Shown in pieces: positions 62,096 through 64,000 of a DNA stretch of 64,000 nt. Position numbers and translations under genes: made by a program. This stretch comes from Lama guanicoe (taxonomy: Eukaryota). The stretch is from contig MU054391.1 of NCBI GenBank assembly GCA_013239625.1, positions 9,271,095-9,335,094 on the forward strand. Reading direction: 5' to 3'. How positions within the stretch are numbered: the first letter of the stretch is position 1; each line of letters opens with the position of its first letter. The notes under the pieces were generated by a model. The model had not been told where the DNA came from and did no database searches. It was given only the letters and a program-made list of their open reading frames with translations.

Positions 62096-62984
62096 ATCAG
62101 AATCTGCCATTTACTGAACTTGAACATTTTGCCACATATATGGTACTTAAAAGAGTATTCACACCCCTTGCTCTCTAACAAGGCCGACTCACAGACACAT
62201 CATGCCCTAGGGGCTAACAGTCTCATAAGCCACTCAGGACCTCTGTCCAAGCCCCCTGTATGGGTCTGGTTTTCTTTCATTCATCTTCTCTCCAGTTTAA
62301 TCCCTTAACTTCACACCCCGATGTTGGCCCCTCCTCCTGTTCTTCCTGGACTTAGCTCTTGGCCTACCAGTCCTTCAAGATGAGGCCTTTGCACTTCAAC
62401 CAACAGATCAGATCATCAGAAGGTGGAATAAAAGAAATTTTCAAGTCAGCAGTAAAACAAATGAATACACTAAAGAGTGCATGTCTTCTGGAGATCATTG
62501 ACTTCGCTGGGAGATAAGTGAGCTGAAGGAGAATTTCAAAGTCCTACAAGTAAACCTTTTTAGAGATGAGTACATGGAATCCTGGATTAGAAGTCAGACA
62601 TCCATTCTATTTCTAGGCCAGCACAAATTCTGTCTCTCTCCTAAACTGTTCTCCATGCTCCCCACCTCGCCTCCATCCCTCACTCCCAGAGGAGCTGAAT
62701 TGATCACCAAATGGGTCGCTTTCCATCCAGAACACTGACTAGTCATGGACACCGTGCGAAAGTCCATGTGTCTCCTGCGTGGACTTTTCTTGCCTCCTTC
62801 CAAGTGTCTGAATGAGTGAGAGACTCAGACTATGAGATGAGTCACTGAGTGGGTAAACTTCGTGAACAAACAGATAACAGATGAATAGCGTCCCTATCAT
62901 ATTAGAGTTATCTCATTTTAGGGGATTTAGAATGGTGAAAAAAGCTCCCTTAAATTATTGTAAATTAAGATGATATTACTGGGG

Positions 62985-63270
62985 GGAAATGGGGTTAACA
63001 AGGGGGAAAGGAAGAAAAGGGGTGGGGAAGGATGAATTGGGAGTTCAGGATTTGCAGATACTAGCCACTATATATAAAATAGATAAATAACAAGACCTAT
63101 TGTATAGCACAAGGAACTATATTTAATACCTTGTAATAGCTTATAATGAAAAAGAACATAAAAAAGAATATATATATATATATATATATATATGCAAGTG
63201 AATCACTACATTATATACCAGAAATTAACACAACATTGTAAATCGACTATACTTCAATTTTTTTAAAAAA
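62985..63270 (+). mobile_element. L1 3'UTR with internal (TA)n
   Basis: gaattgggagttcaggatttgcagatac...gtatagcacaaggaactatat...acaacattgtaaatcgactatacttcaa. Confidence 0.88.
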
Positions 63271-64000
63271 ATGATATAAGAATGAAGTCTAAAAGCTCTG
63301 TGGTCAGAAATACTATGATTCAAAGAATCAGCTTTGTCAGAGGCAGAGAGAAAGCTATACTAGGAAGGCTTCAGAATTAGTATATTAGCAAAAAAAAAAA
63401 CTATTGTTTGGAAAGAGAGTATCAGAAACAGAAGAAGCAGGTCTGGTTTTGAGAACAGGTTTTGGTTCTATCATTAAAAGAGGAAAAGAAAGATGAGACA
63501 CTCTCATCCAGAAAATACTTTCAGTCCTACACGCGATAAAGGGAAAGTGTGGACAATTATCAGAGCACGCGGAAATGTTTAAACTTGCTTGGGACAGCCT
63601 GAAAAAAAGTCAGGTCGCAAGAGAGCAATGGAACACAAGAAGCATATACCCCCCACTGCAAAAATAGAGGTGATAAAAAGGAAAGCTTCTAACTGGCATA
63701 AAGGAGAATGAGATAGACAAAGTCTAGCGTATAGAAATGATAAATTAGGTTCTCTCTGAGCCCCTGAGAGCTCAGACTATGGAAAAAACTGCACTTTCAA
63801 TGAGAAATCCATTGAGGACAAGAGTCTTTGCTGTGTACTTGTCTTAGAGGACTTGGAATTATAATGGTTGGTTTACATGTCAAGAAGCTAGTTGGGTACC
63901 TTAAAAAGGTGCTCAAGGAATATTCTATGAATGGCTACCATTTTGAACTTCTGAATAACTTATGCTTTAAACTAAGACCACTTAAATATTAAAAAAATCA

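Noticed and set aside
1..64000. CRISPR array, operon or other prokaryote-type system
   Set aside because: The sequence is plainly mammalian and repeat-rich; I saw no regularly spaced repeat-spacer array, gene-dense block or foreign-looking segment.

Overview
Mammalian non-coding DNA, most likely from a camelid (alpaca, llama or camel): it carries Vic-1-like tRNA-derived SINEs and young artiodactyl-type L1 3' ends. I found no intact protein-coding gene. The only long ORFs with recognisable homology are LINE-1 ORF2 fragments and their antisense frames. Much of the window is interspersed repeat: MIR, L2, L3/CR1, old and young L1, MaLR/ERVL/ERV1 solo LTRs and MER5. The left edge holds a plausible minus-strand promoter and first (or 5'UTR) exon ending in ATG-G|GT; I cannot name the gene, which would continue out of the window. 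The most notable observations concern retroelement and recombination history. (1) Two young L1 fragments lie head-to-head about 4.6 kb apart, with a ~550 bp nearly identical tract that shares non-consensus residues (probable gene conversion). (2) One of them has no poly(A) or TSD and splits an MLT2 LTR cleanly. (3) A twin-primed L1 has duplicated overlap copies that disagree strongly. (4) A CpG-island-like patch sits on an old ERV1 LTR with apparent AT-to-GC erosion. I found no evidence of a new gene system. Repeat subfamily names come from memory of consensus sequences, mismatch and CpG counts are by hand, and boundaries of old repeats are approximate.
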